Assembly: GCF_988243305.1 (NCBI RefSeq) | Contig: NZ_OZ547136.1 | DNA length: 64,000 nucleotides | Reading direction: 5' to 3' (one strand) | Shown here: piece after piece, positions 1 to 10,197 of the stretch | How positions within the stretch are numbered: the stretch's first letter is position 1 | Layout: the number at the start of each line of letters is the position of its first letter | Notes under the pieces: model-generated | What the model was told of the DNA's origin: nothing | Database searches by the model: none | What the model saw: the letters and a program-made list of their open reading frames with translations, nothing else | Position numbers and translations under genes: made by a program

Positions 1-520
1 TCTGATGCAGATTTCAGAAGAGGATTGCCTTGCGCGTATTGCCGAATCCATCAACATTGCGCTGGATAAAACTCATGGTGTGACAGCGGTGATTGAAAAC
101 ACCGCCGGTCAGGGCAGTAACTTAGGGTTTAAATTCGAACATCTCGCGGCGATTATCGACGGCGTTGAAGATAAATCCCGCGTCGGCGTCTGCATTGATA
201 CCTGCCATGCTTTCGCTGCCGGGTATGATTTGCGTACTCCAGCCGAATGCGAGAAAACGTTCGCGGATTTTGCCCGTATTGTCGGCTTTAAGTATCTGCG
301 CGGGATGCACCTTAACGATGCGAAAAGCACCTTTGGCAGCCGCGTTGACCGCCATCATAGCCTCGGTGAAGGCAATATCGGTCATGATGCGTTCCGCTGG
401 ATCATGCAGGACGACCGTTTCGACGGCATTCCGCTGATCCTTGAAACCATCAACCCGGATATCTGGGCAGAAGAGATCGCCTGGCTGAAAGCGCAACAAA
501 CTGAAAAAGCGGTAGCCTGA
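1..520 (+). CDS. nfo: Endonuclease IV (AP endonuclease), 3' portion; gene starts upstream of the window
   Basis: ORF track 5..520 begins at an internal Met; translation matches the Nfo C-terminal region; position immediately before yeiI. Confidence 0.85.
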   Translation, partial: LMQISEEDCLARIAESINIALDKTHGVTAVIENTAGQGSNLGFKFEHLAAIIDGVEDKSRVGVCIDTCHAFAAGYDLRTPAECEKTFADFARIVGFKYLRGMHLNDAKSTFGSRVDRHHSLGEGNIGHDAFRWIMQDDRFDGIPLILETINPDIWAEEIAWLKAQQTEKAVA

Positions 521-522
521 AG

Positions 523-1611
523 ATGAACAACCGGGAGAAGGAGATCCTTGCAATTTTACGGCGTAACCCGCTGATTCAGCAGAACGAAATTGCGGATATG
601 CTGCAAATCAGCCGTTCGCGCGTTGCGGCGCATATTATGGATTTAATGCGCAAAGGCCGGATTAAAGGCAAAGGTTACATTCTCACCGAGCAGGAATACT
701 GCGTAGTGGTGGGGACAATCAATATGGATATTCGCGGGATGGCGGATATCCGTTACCCGCAAGCGGCTTCTCATCCCGGTACCATTCATTGCTCGGCAGG
801 CGGCGTTGGACGCAATATCGCCCACAATCTGGCGCTGTTAGGCCGCGACGTCCATTTGCTTTCAGTGATTGGCGATGACTTTTATGGCGAAATGCTCCTG
901 GAAGAAACGCGCCGCGCCGGCGTGAATGTCTCCGGCTGCGTTCGTTTACATGGCCAAAGCACATCGACGTATCTGGCAATTGCCGATCGAGACGATCAAA
1001 TCGTGCTGGCGATTAACGATACCCATCTGCTGGATCAGTTGACACCGCAACTACTGAACGGGTCGCGCGATTTACTTCGTCATGCGGGCGTGGTACTGGC
1101 TGATTGCAACCTGACAGCCGAGGCGCTGGAGTGGGTCTTTACCCTCGCTGATGAAATCCCGGTGTTTGTCGATACCGTTTCAGAATTCAAAGCGGGCAAA
1201 ATCAAACACTGGCTGGCGCATATTCACACCCTGAAACCCACTTTACCGGAGCTGGAAATTTTATGGGGACAGGCGATCACCAGCGATGCTGACCGTAATG
1301 CCGCAGTGAATGCGTTGCATCAGCAAGGCGTTCAGCAACTGTTTGTTTATTTGCCCGATGAGTCTGTTTATTGCAGCGAAAAGGATGGAGAACAATTTTT
1401 GCTGACAGCGCCAGCGCATACGACAGTAGACAGTTTTGGTGCTGACGATGGTTTTATGGCGGGCCTGGTATATAGCTTTCTGGAGGGAAACAATTTCCGT
1501 GACAGCGCCCGTTTTGCGATGGCCTGCGCGGCAATTTCACGCGCCAGCGGCAGCTTAAACAACCCTACCCTGTCTGCCGATAATGCGCTGTCATTAGTGC
1601 CAATGGTGTAA
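523..1611 (+). CDS. yeiI: Putative sugar/nucleoside kinase with N-terminal winged-HTH domain (PfkB family)
   Basis: 362-aa ORF; N-terminal HTH followed by a PfkB kinase domain with a GGVGRNIA motif that is also present in PsuK in this window. Confidence 0.85.
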   Translation: MNNREKEILAILRRNPLIQQNEIADMLQISRSRVAAHIMDLMRKGRIKGKGYILTEQEYCVVVGTINMDIRGMADIRYPQAASHPGTIHCSAGGVGRNIAHNLALLGRDVHLLSVIGDDFYGEMLLEETRRAGVNVSGCVRLHGQSTSTYLAIADRDDQIVLAINDTHLLDQLTPQLLNGSRDLLRHAGVVLADCNLTAEALEWVFTLADEIPVFVDTVSEFKAGKIKHWLAHIHTLKPTLPELEILWGQAITSDADRNAAVNALHQQGVQQLFVYLPDESVYCSEKDGEQFLLTAPAHTTVDSFGADDGFMAGLVYSFLEGNNFRDSARFAMACAAISRASGSLNNPTLSADNALSLVPMV

Positions 1612-1617
1612 CAATGT

Positions 1618-1652
1618 TGCCGGATTCGACGCTTGACCGCATCTAATCCGGC
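1618..1652. repeat. REP-like palindromic unit (GCCGGAT...ATCCGGC)
   Basis: Inverted repeat gccggatt / aatccggc in the yeiI-nupX convergent gap. Confidence 0.5.
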
Positions 1653-1666
1653 TCATAAATTGCACA

Positions 1667-2917
1667 CTACGCTAAACCAATAAAGAACCCGGCAATGGTG
1701 GCACTCATCAGATTAGAAAGTGTCGCCGCCGCCAGCGCGCGTAAACCAAGCTGGGCGATTTCCGGCGCACGGTGTGGCGCAACCGCAGAAAACGCCCCCA
1801 CCACCACCCCGATAGAACCAAAGTTAGCGAAACCGCACAACGCGAAAGAAATAATCGCCACGGTTTTAGCATCCAGAGTGCCAGCTGTTTGCAGATAAGG
1901 TGAGAAATTGAGGTAAGCGACAAATTCATTAATCGCCAGTTTCTGTCCAATCAAACTCCCGGCAAGATTCGCATCACTCCAGTCAACCCCCATCACCCAC
2001 GCCAGCGGGGCCAGCAGGTAACCTAAAATGGACTCCAGCGAGGCATGTTCAAAACCAAACCAGCCGCCAACGCCGCCGATAATACCGTTAATTAACGCAA
2101 TGATGGCGACAAATGCCATCACTACTGTCGCCACACCTGCGGCGATTTTCAGCCCGGTCATTGCCCCTGTAGCGGCGGCTTCAATAATGCTTTTTGGCGG
2201 TGTTTCGGTGAAAGAGAGGTTATTAAAGGAAACCTGCGAAGATTCGGTAGCCGGGCTTAACAGGCGGGCAAACAAGATCCCGCCAGGGATCGCCATTAAC
2301 GATGCCGCCAGCAGATATTCCACAGGCACGCCCAGTGCAGCGTAACCAATCATTGTCGAACCAGCAATCGAGGCCATGCCACTACAAATCGCTGTAAATA
2401 ATTCATTGCGATTCAGCCGATCGATAAAGGGTTTGACGATTGCCGGAATTTCGTTTTGCCCGAGGAAAATGGTAGTGACCGCGACGAATGACTCGATCTT
2501 GCTGATATTTAATGCTTTCTGGAAGATACCGCCGAGAATGCGAATTAAGATCCCCATCACACCGATGTAGTAGAGAATACTCACCAGTGCTGTAACGAAG
2601 ATAATTGCCGGTAATACCCTGAAACCAAAGATAAATCCTGCGCCATCAAATAAGGTATCCATTTTCGGTCCGACCAGAGAACCAAAGATAAATGCGCTAC
2701 CTGCATCGCTGTACGCCATCACTTTATGCACGCCAAAAGCGACTTTTTCTGCGACCCAACGCCCTGGTGGTAACCAAAGCATAATGCCGCCAATCACGAC
2801 CTGTAACACTAACGCCGCGCCAACGGTACGCAGGCTGATCTTCTTCTTGTTTACTGACAGCAAAAACGCAATTGCCAGTAATACCACCATTCCCAGAACA
2901 CTTCTCATGACATCCAT
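1667..2917 (-). CDS. nupX: Nucleoside permease, concentrative nucleoside transporter (CNT) family
   Basis: 416-aa polytopic membrane ORF; close paralog of PsuT at 4855..6105 over the whole length. Confidence 0.9.
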   Translation of the reverse strand: MDVMRSVLGMVVLLAIAFLLSVNKKKISLRTVGAALVLQVVIGGIMLWLPPGRWVAEKVAFGVHKVMAYSDAGSAFIFGSLVGPKMDTLFDGAGFIFGFRVLPAIIFVTALVSILYYIGVMGILIRILGGIFQKALNISKIESFVAVTTIFLGQNEIPAIVKPFIDRLNRNELFTAICSGMASIAGSTMIGYAALGVPVEYLLAASLMAIPGGILFARLLSPATESSQVSFNNLSFTETPPKSIIEAAATGAMTGLKIAAGVATVVMAFVAIIALINGIIGGVGGWFGFEHASLESILGYLLAPLAWVMGVDWSDANLAGSLIGQKLAINEFVAYLNFSPYLQTAGTLDAKTVAIISFALCGFANFGSIGVVVGAFSAVAPHRAPEIAQLGLRALAAATLSNLMSATIAGFFIGLA

Positions 2918-2942
2918 AGTTATTATCTCTTCATGTCATTTT

Positions 2943-2970
2943 GGGCGACGGCTTTCTGCCCATCAGAAAT
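2943..2970 (-). other. Conserved 28-nt leader element, copy 1 (rihB-nupX gap)
   Basis: 27/28 identical to 6172..6199; on the minus-strand RNA it can form a 5-bp stem GAYGG/CCGTC with loop GCAGAAAG. Confidence 0.4.
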
Positions 2971-3016
2971 AGCCGGGCCTGCATCTTGCGATACTGTCCC
3001 GGCTTGTTATCAACAC

Positions 3017-3958
3017 TTAATGGGTTTTGATGTAGCCGCGCACGCACTCTTCGACTAATCCCCAGAACCAGTCGGTATCAATAGTGATGCCGACTTTGGT
3101 ATTGGCGGGCTTGCCAAGAACGCCCAGCTCGTCGCAGACGGTACGCCCATAGCAAGGGCCACTGTTAACGTCCACGTCGACGTACATCTCCTGGGTTTTA
3201 ATGCCATCAGGGTTAATCAGATAACCGATGCAGGTGGCGTCATGCACCGGGCCGCCAGCAAGGCCGTAGTTTTCGAACTGCGTTTTGAGAGTGAAGTTCA
3301 TGATGTCGCTGAACAGCTCTCCGGCGGGGCCGCCTGCCCTTTCCATCCGTGCAATCACGTCCGGGGTGCAAACGGTCTGGTTGGTGAGATCGAGGCCCAT
3401 CATCACTAATGGAACGCCGGAGGTGAACACCACGCGTGCCGCTTCCGGGTCAGCAAAGATGTTGAACTCGGCGGATGGCGTAAAGTTGCCAGTACCGTAA
3501 GCGCCGCCCATCAGCACAATTTCACGGATTTTCGGCAGGATCGCGGGTTGCATACGCATTGCCACCGCGATGTTTGAAAGTGGACCAACCGGCACCAGAG
3601 TGATATCGCCATCGCTTGCCATCAGGGTATCGATGATATATTTCACCGCATGAGTGCTTTCTGCCTGGCGGGTCAGCGGCCCGAATACCGGGCCATCAAG
3701 TCCGGTTTCACCGTGAATATTATCGGCAACGATTTGTTGACGCATAATGGGCTGTGGCATCCCCGCATAAACCGGAACATTAATCTCCAGTTTCTGGCAA
3801 ACATTCAGGCCATTAATTAATGTTTTATCGAGGGTTTGATTACCCGCTACAATGGTGATACCTAATAAATCTATTGCCGGATGTTTCGCTGCCATCATTA
3901 TTGCAATAGCATCATCATGACCCGGATCACAATCCAGGATAATTTTTCTTTTTTCCAT
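3017..3958 (-). CDS. rihB: Ribonucleoside hydrolase (pyrimidine-specific)
   Basis: 313-aa ORF with N-terminal DCDPGHDD nucleoside hydrolase signature. Confidence 0.9.
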   Translation of the reverse strand: MEKRKIILDCDPGHDDAIAIMMAAKHPAIDLLGITIVAGNQTLDKTLINGLNVCQKLEINVPVYAGMPQPIMRQQIVADNIHGETGLDGPVFGPLTRQAESTHAVKYIIDTLMASDGDITLVPVGPLSNIAVAMRMQPAILPKIREIVLMGGAYGTGNFTPSAEFNIFADPEAARVVFTSGVPLVMMGLDLTNQTVCTPDVIARMERAGGPAGELFSDIMNFTLKTQFENYGLAGGPVHDATCIGYLINPDGIKTQEMYVDVDVNSGPCYGRTVCDELGVLGKPANTKVGITIDTDWFWGLVEECVRGYIKTH

Positions 3959-4126
3959 TGTTTATTTCCTCTGTTTCCAGTTGCGTTATTTTTTCTACAG
4001 CAAAGAAAATTCGACCGGGCCGATGATTGAATCTTAACAACAGCGTACGTATGCTAAATATGAGAAATCTCATAGCGGATAAACATCGTGAAAGAAATCC
4101 ACAATAATGATCTTAAGCAGCAATTG

Positions 4127-4786
4127 ATGAGTGAATCAGCGTTTAAGGATTGCTTTTCAACGGATGTTTCAGCCGATACGCGGCTGTTTCATTTTTTAGC
4201 GCGTGACTACATTGTGAAGGAAGGGCAACAGCCGTCCTGGCTGTTTTACCTGACGCGAGGCCGCGCCAGGCTTTACGCCACGCTTGCTAATGGTCGCGTG
4301 TCGCTGATCGATTTCTTTGCCGCGCCCTGTTTTATTGGCGAGATTGAGTTAATCGATAAAGACCATGAACCGCGTGCGGTGCAGGCTATTGAAGAGTGTT
4401 GGTGTCTTGCGCTCCCTATGAAACATTACCGCCCGCTGTTATTAAACGACACACTATTTTTACGAAAACTCTGCGTTAGTTTAAGCCATAAAAATTATCG
4501 CAATATTGTTTCTTTAACTCAGAATCAATCATTTCCGTTAGTGAATCGCCTGGCAGCTTTTATATTACTCTCACAAGAAGGTGATCTTTATCACGAAAAG
4601 CATACGCAAGCGGCAGAGTATTTAGGCGTTTCTTATCGACATCTTTTATATGTTCTCGCGCAATTCATTCACGACGGTTTATTAATTAAAAGCAAGAAAG
4701 GATATCTAATTAAAAACAGAAAGCAGTTGTCAGGACTGGCGCTGGAGATGGACCCGGAGAATAAATTCTCCGGGATGATGCAGTAA
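4127..4786 (+). CDS. yeiL: CRP/FNR-family transcriptional regulator
   Basis: ORF track starts at GTG 4088 (232 aa); ATG at 4127 gives the 219-aa form I recall for YeiL. Start is uncertain. Confidence 0.8.
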   Translation: MSESAFKDCFSTDVSADTRLFHFLARDYIVKEGQQPSWLFYLTRGRARLYATLANGRVSLIDFFAAPCFIGEIELIDKDHEPRAVQAIEECWCLALPMKHYRPLLLNDTLFLRKLCVSLSHKNYRNIVSLTQNQSFPLVNRLAAFILLSQEGDLYHEKHTQAAEYLGVSYRHLLYVLAQFIHDGLLIKSKKGYLIKNRKQLSGLALEMDPENKFSGMMQ

Positions 4787-4807
4787 AAAATAATCTGCAA
4801 TAGCACG

Positions 4808-4848
4808 ATTGCCGGATGTGACGCTTAATAAGCGCGTACATCCGGCAA
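4808..4848. repeat. REP-like palindromic unit
   Basis: Inverted repeat tgccggatgt...acatccggca in the yeiL-psuT convergent gap. Confidence 0.5.
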
Positions 4849-4854
4849 TGACAC

Positions 4855-6105
4855 TCAAGCTAAACCAATAAAGAACCCGGCAATGGTCGCGCTCATCAGG
4901 TTGGAAAGCGTTGCTGCTGCCAGCGCCCTTAAACCAAGCTGAGCGATTTCCGGAGCACGTTTTGGCGAAATAGCCGAAAATGCCCCAACGACAACACCGA
5001 TAGAACCAAAGTTAGCAAAACCACAAAGCGCAAAGGAGATAATCGCAATGGTTTTCACTTCCAGCGTGCCGCCCGTTTGCAGGTATGGGGAGAAACTCAG
5101 GTAAGCGACGAATTCGTTAATCGCCAGTTTCTGCCCAATCAGGCTACCCGCAAGGTTGGCATCACTCCAGTCCACACCCATGATCCACGCCAGCGGTGCC
5201 AGCACATAGCCAAAAATACTTTCCAGAGAGGCATTGGCGAAACCAAACCAGCCGCCAATTCCGCCGATAATGCCGTTGATCAGCGCAATAATTGCGACAA
5301 ACGCCATTACCACCGTCGCTACACCAGCGGCGATTTTCAGCCCGGTCATCGCACCGCTCGCCGCCGCTTCGATAAAGCTTTTTGGCGGCGTTTCGCTGAA
5401 CGACAGATTTTCAAATGTCACCTGCGAAGGCTCGGTGGCTGGGCTAAGAATACGTGCAAACAAAATACCACCAGGGATCGCCATCAGCGATGCCGCTAAC
5501 AGGTAGTCAATTGGTACGCCCATTCCGGCATAACCAATCATCATCGAACCAGCAATGGACGCCATCCCGCTACAAATTGCGGTAAACAACTCGTTGCGAT
5601 TCATGCGATCGATAAACGGTTTAACGATCGCAGGGATCTCATTTTGCCCGAGGAAAATAGTGGTAACCGCAACAAAAGATTCGATTTTGCTGATGTTGAG
5701 GGCTTTCTGGAAAATGCTGCCAAGGATGCGGATTAGCAGCCCCATCACGCCAATGTAGTACAGCAGGCTGATGAGCGCAGTGACGAAGATAATCGCCGGG
5801 AGTACGCGAAAGGCGAAGATAAAGCCCGCGCCATCAAACAGGACATCCATTTTCGGCCCGACCAATGAACCAAAAATAAAGGCACTACCGGCATCACTGT
5901 AAGACATCACTTTATGAACGCCTAATGCCGCCTGCTCTACCGCCCATTTTCCTGGTGGAAAATAGAGCATGATGCCGCCAATGGCGATTTGTAGCAGCAG
6001 CGCGGCTCCAACCGTGCGCAAACTGATGCTCTTTTTATTCACTGACAACAAAAATGCTATTGCCAGTAACACCACCATCCCCACAACACTTCTCATTATA
6101 TCCAT
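4855..6105 (-). CDS. psuT: Pseudouridine/nucleoside transporter (CNT family)
   Basis: 416-aa ORF paralogous to nupX; last gene of the psuK-psuG-psuT operon. Confidence 0.9.
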   Translation of the reverse strand: MDIMRSVVGMVVLLAIAFLLSVNKKSISLRTVGAALLLQIAIGGIMLYFPPGKWAVEQAALGVHKVMSYSDAGSAFIFGSLVGPKMDVLFDGAGFIFAFRVLPAIIFVTALISLLYYIGVMGLLIRILGSIFQKALNISKIESFVAVTTIFLGQNEIPAIVKPFIDRMNRNELFTAICSGMASIAGSMMIGYAGMGVPIDYLLAASLMAIPGGILFARILSPATEPSQVTFENLSFSETPPKSFIEAAASGAMTGLKIAAGVATVVMAFVAIIALINGIIGGIGGWFGFANASLESIFGYVLAPLAWIMGVDWSDANLAGSLIGQKLAINEFVAYLSFSPYLQTGGTLEVKTIAIISFALCGFANFGSIGVVVGAFSAISPKRAPEIAQLGLRALAAATLSNLMSATIAGFFIGLA

Positions 6106-6171
6106 AATGATTTTCCCTTCATGCCAGTAAACCCGGCGTCAGCGCCAGGTTTTGGTATGTATGATCAGTAC

Positions 6172-6199
6172 GGGCGACGGCTTTCTGCCCGTCAGAAAT
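6172..6199 (-). other. Conserved 28-nt leader element, copy 2 (psuG-psuT gap, overlaps psuG stop by 1 nt)
   Basis: 27/28 identical to 2943..2970. Confidence 0.4.
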
Positions 6200-7137
6200 T
6201 AACCCGCGAGACGCTGGTATTCTTTGGCAATTTCACTCGCCAGAATGGCGTTGTTGAACACCAGTTGGATGTTGGATTTCAGGCTGTCACCGCCAGTCAG
6301 TTCAGCAACACGAGCCAGCAGGAACGGTGTGCTTTCTTTACCAATAACGCCCTGCTCTTCGGCTTCGGCAACGGCTTGATCTATGGCTGCATTGATAGAT
6401 TCCTCCGGCATCGCAAACTGTTCCGGGATCGGATTTGCCACCACCAGGCCACCGTTCAGCCCGCTTTGCCATTTCACCGCCATTGCATGGGCAATTTCAC
6501 TGGCGCTGTCGAGACGAATACTGACGTCAAACGGGCTGGTACGGCAGAAAAACGCAGGCAGCGCTTTGGTCTGATAGCCAATTAACGGCACACCGAAGGT
6601 TTCTAAATACTCAGTGGTTAATCCTAAATCGAGAATAGATTTCGCCCCGGCACAAACAACGGTGACATTAGTATTTGCCAGTTCTTGCAAATCGGCAGAA
6701 ATATCGAAGGTATGTTCCGCCCCGCGATGCACACCACCAATTCCCCCTGTGGCAAATACTTTAATTCCGGCAAGCGCCGCAATAATCATCGTTGAAGCAA
6801 CGGTAGTTGCGCCATTTTTTCCGGCGGCAACAACAAAAGGTAAATCGCGACGACTAACTTTGGTCACGTTATGCCCTTCACGACCCAGCAATTCAATTTC
6901 TTCTTTGCTTAAACCCACTTTCATCACGCCGCCAATAATGGCGATAGTGGCAGGTACAGCGCCCTGTTTACGAATAGTTTCTTCAACTTCAATTGCGGTC
7001 TGGGCATTTTGTGGGAACGGCATCCCGTGAGAAATAATGGTCGATTCCAGCGCCACAACCGGTTTTTTGTTTTTTAAAGCGTCCTGCACTTCCGGGGAAA
7101 TTTGTAATAATTCAGGGGAAATTTTTAATTCAGACAT
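6199..7137 (-). CDS. psuG: Pseudouridine-5'-phosphate glycosidase
   Basis: 312-aa ORF matching the PsuG/YeiN family; overlaps psuK by 13 nt. Confidence 0.9.
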   Translation of the reverse strand: MSELKISPELLQISPEVQDALKNKKPVVALESTIISHGMPFPQNAQTAIEVEETIRKQGAVPATIAIIGGVMKVGLSKEEIELLGREGHNVTKVSRRDLPFVVAAGKNGATTVASTMIIAALAGIKVFATGGIGGVHRGAEHTFDISADLQELANTNVTVVCAGAKSILDLGLTTEYLETFGVPLIGYQTKALPAFFCRTSPFDVSIRLDSASEIAHAMAVKWQSGLNGGLVVANPIPEQFAMPEESINAAIDQAVAEAEEQGVIGKESTPFLLARVAELTGGDSLKSNIQLVFNNAILASEIAKEYQRLAG

Positions 7138-8066
7138 TCTGCGTTCTCCACTAACGATATAACGTTGGCAATCGATAAATCGGGGTTATTGGTGTATTCA
7201 CAGGAGAGCGCCATTGACGAACATCCCTGTGCGAAACGAACAGATTCGGCAAACGGCATTCCGTCTACCCAACACGAAGCAAGCCCCGCCATCATGGCAT
7301 CGCCCGCTCCGGTAACATTAATAACATTGGTTTTGATCGGCGCAGACCAGCCACTTTCACCGCTGATATCACTGTAATAAACGCCATCGCCGCCCATGCT
7401 CAATACCAGTCGGTTCAGGCCATGTTGATGGAACCAGGCAGCAACTTTTGCCACATCTTCACGCCCTGACAGCGCAATCCCACTCAGGGTTTCCGCTTCA
7501 AGGCGGTTTGGCTTGAGAGTGTGGATTTGATTTAGACGGTCGCGCACTTTGACACATTTCCATGCGGAAACCGGATCGACAAATACGGGTACGTTGGCGG
7601 CATTATCCAGAATCCATGCCAGTGCCTCTTCACTGATATTACAGTCTGCGACAATGACCTTTGCCCTCTGAATAAATTCACGGTGCTGTGCGAGATATTC
7701 AGCTGTAATAGCGTTGCTAATATTCATGTCATTTATAGCAACCAGCATTTCACCGGTATTATCGAGTAATGATAAATAGCTTGACGTATTTTCTCCCGGC
7801 ACAATCAGGCATTTATCGACATAAACGCCAGATTGATTGGTTTGCGTTAGCAGCGATTGACCATAAAAATCACTGCCTACGGCGCTCAGTAGCCAGGCTT
7901 TGTTCTCCAGCAACGCCAGGTTTTGTGCAATATTGCGCCCGACTCCACCAGGCGTAAATTTTATTTTACCTGGATTTGAATCCGCATAATTTAATGATTC
8001 ATGTGAATATCCGGCGACATCAATATTCGCCGAACCTATAATTACGACATAATCCTTTTCGCGCAT
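7125..8066 (-). CDS. psuK: Pseudouridine kinase (PfkB family)
   Basis: 313-aa ORF with PfkB motifs GGVGRNIA and GAGD; first gene of the psu operon. Confidence 0.9.
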   Translation of the reverse strand: MREKDYVVIIGSANIDVAGYSHESLNYADSNPGKIKFTPGGVGRNIAQNLALLENKAWLLSAVGSDFYGQSLLTQTNQSGVYVDKCLIVPGENTSSYLSLLDNTGEMLVAINDMNISNAITAEYLAQHREFIQRAKVIVADCNISEEALAWILDNAANVPVFVDPVSAWKCVKVRDRLNQIHTLKPNRLEAETLSGIALSGREDVAKVAAWFHQHGLNRLVLSMGGDGVYYSDISGESGWSAPIKTNVINVTGAGDAMMAGLASCWVDGMPFAESVRFAQGCSSMALSCEYTNNPDLSIANVISLVENAECLN

Positions 8067-8133
8067 AGCACGTCCTCTGGTAAAAAATTACCACCCCTGT
8101 CAATCCACAAGAATATTGATACTGCAAAGACGG

Positions 8134-8169
8134 TTTAAACATGTGTTCATATTTAAACATGTGCTCATA
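8134..8169 (-). promoter_or_regulatory. Tandem 18-bp direct repeat in psuK promoter region (candidate operator)
   Basis: tttaaacatgtgttcata followed directly by tttaaacatgtgctcata (17/18), 68-103 nt upstream of the psuK ATG. Confidence 0.4.
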
Positions 8170-8304
8170 GTATGCATGTTTTACGTAAAGTAAATTACCG
8201 CCAGAGAGGCAAAATGGGCAGATTTGAGCAGGCTCACAAAACGCGATTAAATGCCTGAATTATAAAAACGGGGAATTTGTGACGGGATGCACAGAACAGG
8301 AACA

Positions 8305-8334
8305 ATAAAAAAGGGCAGAAATTAATCTGCCCTT
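8305..8334 (-). terminator. Intrinsic terminator downstream of fruA
   Basis: 9-bp perfect stem AAGGGCAGA/TCTGCCCTT followed on the minus strand by a T run. A second hairpin with no clear U tract lies at 8452..8476. Confidence 0.6.
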
Positions 8335-8489
8335 GAGGAAATAACCTTAGTGTTTGATGAAGGTTTCAGGTTTCTACTAAAAGATAAAACCATTTAAATT
8401 CATAAAATTACATTCACAAACCGGTCATTCTCTTTGCGCGCATCAAATGTTACAGGGCAGGAAATTTCTGCCCTGTAACACACCTTTTA

Positions 8490-10181
8490 TTACGCTGCTT
8501 TCGCTACTGCGTCCACTTCCGGACGTTTCAGGAAGGCATAGGCCAGACCCGCCACCAGCGTACCGGCAATAATGGCTACCAGGTAACCCAATACCGGCGT
8601 AATCGCGCCAGGGATCAGCAGAACAAACAGACCACCGTGCGGTGCCATCAGTTTCGCACCAATCGCCATTGAGATTGCGCCAGTCAGCGCCCCACCCACG
8701 ATACAGCACGGCAGCACACGCATCGGATCACGGGCAGCAAACGGAATTGCACCTTCCGAAATAAAGCACAGTCCCAGTACCAGAGCGGCTTTGCCCCCTT
8801 CCTGCTGCGCTTTGTCGAATTTGCGACGCGCCACCATTGTTGCCAGGCCCATTGCCAGCGGTGGCACCATACCTGCCGCCATAATCGCCGCCATCGGGCC
8901 ATAGGTTTGAGTACTCAGCAGACCCACACCGAACGCGTACGCTGCTTTGTTTACCGGACCGCCCATGTCAGTACACATCATGCCACCGAGGATCGCCCCC
9001 AGCAGAACCGCATTCGCAGTCCCCATGGTCTGCAGCCAGTGAGTCAACCCTTCGAGAATGCCAGCAACCGGTTTACCGATCAGATAGATCATCGCCAGAC
9101 CGACCACCAGACTGGAAATTAGCGGAATGATCAGAATCGGTTTCAGCGCCTCCATACTCTGCGGCAGTTTCAATTGCGTACTGATTAACTTCGCAATGTA
9201 ACCAGCCAGGAAGCCCGCAATAATACCGCCAATGAAGCCAGAACCGGTGCTGACCGCCAGCATACCGCCAATCAGACCCGGCGTGAGACCCGGACGATCG
9301 GCAATGGAAAAGGCAATATAACCTGCCAGTACCGGCACCATCAACGCAAAGGCTGAACCACCACCAATCTGCATCAGCGCCGCAGCCAACGTACCCGGCT
9401 CTTTAAACGCTTCGATACCAAAAGCAAAAGAAAGCGCGATACACAGACCACCTGCAACGACCATCGGCAGCATGTAAGAGACGCCCGTCAGCAAGTGACG
9501 GTAAGCGCCTGCACTCTCTTTCTTACCTTCAGTGGTCGCTGTTTGAGTTTTGCCCGCCGGTTCATACGGCGTTGCTTCAGCAACCGCTTTATCCAGTTCC
9601 TGCGCGGTTTTCTTCAGCGCCAGACCGGTAGAGGTGCGATACATCGGTTTACCAGCAAATTTCGCCAGATCCACTTCAATATCTGCCGCCACAATCACCA
9701 GATCCGCTGCGGCTACTTCTTCAGGGGTGATTGCATTACCCGCGCCAACCGAACCACGGGTTTCAACTTTCACCCACCAGCCACGTTTTTTCGCTTCGGT
9801 TTCAATGGCTTCAGCCGCCATAAAGGTGTGTGCTACGCCAGTCGGGCAAGCAGTCACCGCAACTACGCGTTTCGGACCGCTGGCGGCAACCGGTGCTGTC
9901 GCAGCGACCGGCGCAGTGTAAGGTTTCGCATGGCCTTTGGCTTCACTCAGGAACAGCTCAGGGTGCGCAACTGCCCGGGAAATATCGCCCAGCCAGACAT
10001 TTTTACCGTTCAGCGCGCTGTCGTTCGGGATGGAATCACCGAGAACAATCGCCATTTCAGCGTCGTTCGGATTGTCGATGATTTCCAGTTTTGCTTTTCG
10101 CGCCGCCGCGCCCAGCAGGGTCTTCGCCATATAGGCGCGTGCCTGACCGAGATTAGCGTCAATAATCAGCAGCGTTTTCAT
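8490..10181 (-). CDS. fruA: PTS fructose-specific EIIB'BC component
   Basis: 563-aa ORF with polytopic C-terminal domain; operon fruB-fruK-fruA. Confidence 0.95.
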   Translation of the reverse strand: MKTLLIIDANLGQARAYMAKTLLGAAARKAKLEIIDNPNDAEMAIVLGDSIPNDSALNGKNVWLGDISRAVAHPELFLSEAKGHAKPYTAPVAATAPVAASGPKRVVAVTACPTGVAHTFMAAEAIETEAKKRGWWVKVETRGSVGAGNAITPEEVAAADLVIVAADIEVDLAKFAGKPMYRTSTGLALKKTAQELDKAVAEATPYEPAGKTQTATTEGKKESAGAYRHLLTGVSYMLPMVVAGGLCIALSFAFGIEAFKEPGTLAAALMQIGGGSAFALMVPVLAGYIAFSIADRPGLTPGLIGGMLAVSTGSGFIGGIIAGFLAGYIAKLISTQLKLPQSMEALKPILIIPLISSLVVGLAMIYLIGKPVAGILEGLTHWLQTMGTANAVLLGAILGGMMCTDMGGPVNKAAYAFGVGLLSTQTYGPMAAIMAAGMVPPLAMGLATMVARRKFDKAQQEGGKAALVLGLCFISEGAIPFAARDPMRVLPCCIVGGALTGAISMAIGAKLMAPHGGLFVLLIPGAITPVLGYLVAIIAGTLVAGLAYAFLKRPEVDAVAKAA

Positions 10182-10197
10182 TATGCCTCTCCTGCTG

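Noticed and set aside
8452-8476. Second hairpin ACAGGGCAG-gaaattt-CTGCCCTGT just downstream of fruA
   Set aside because: Perfect 9-bp stem but no U tract on the fruA transcript side, so I did not call it a terminator; the hairpin at 8305..8334 with a T run is the better candidate. It may still act as a stability element.
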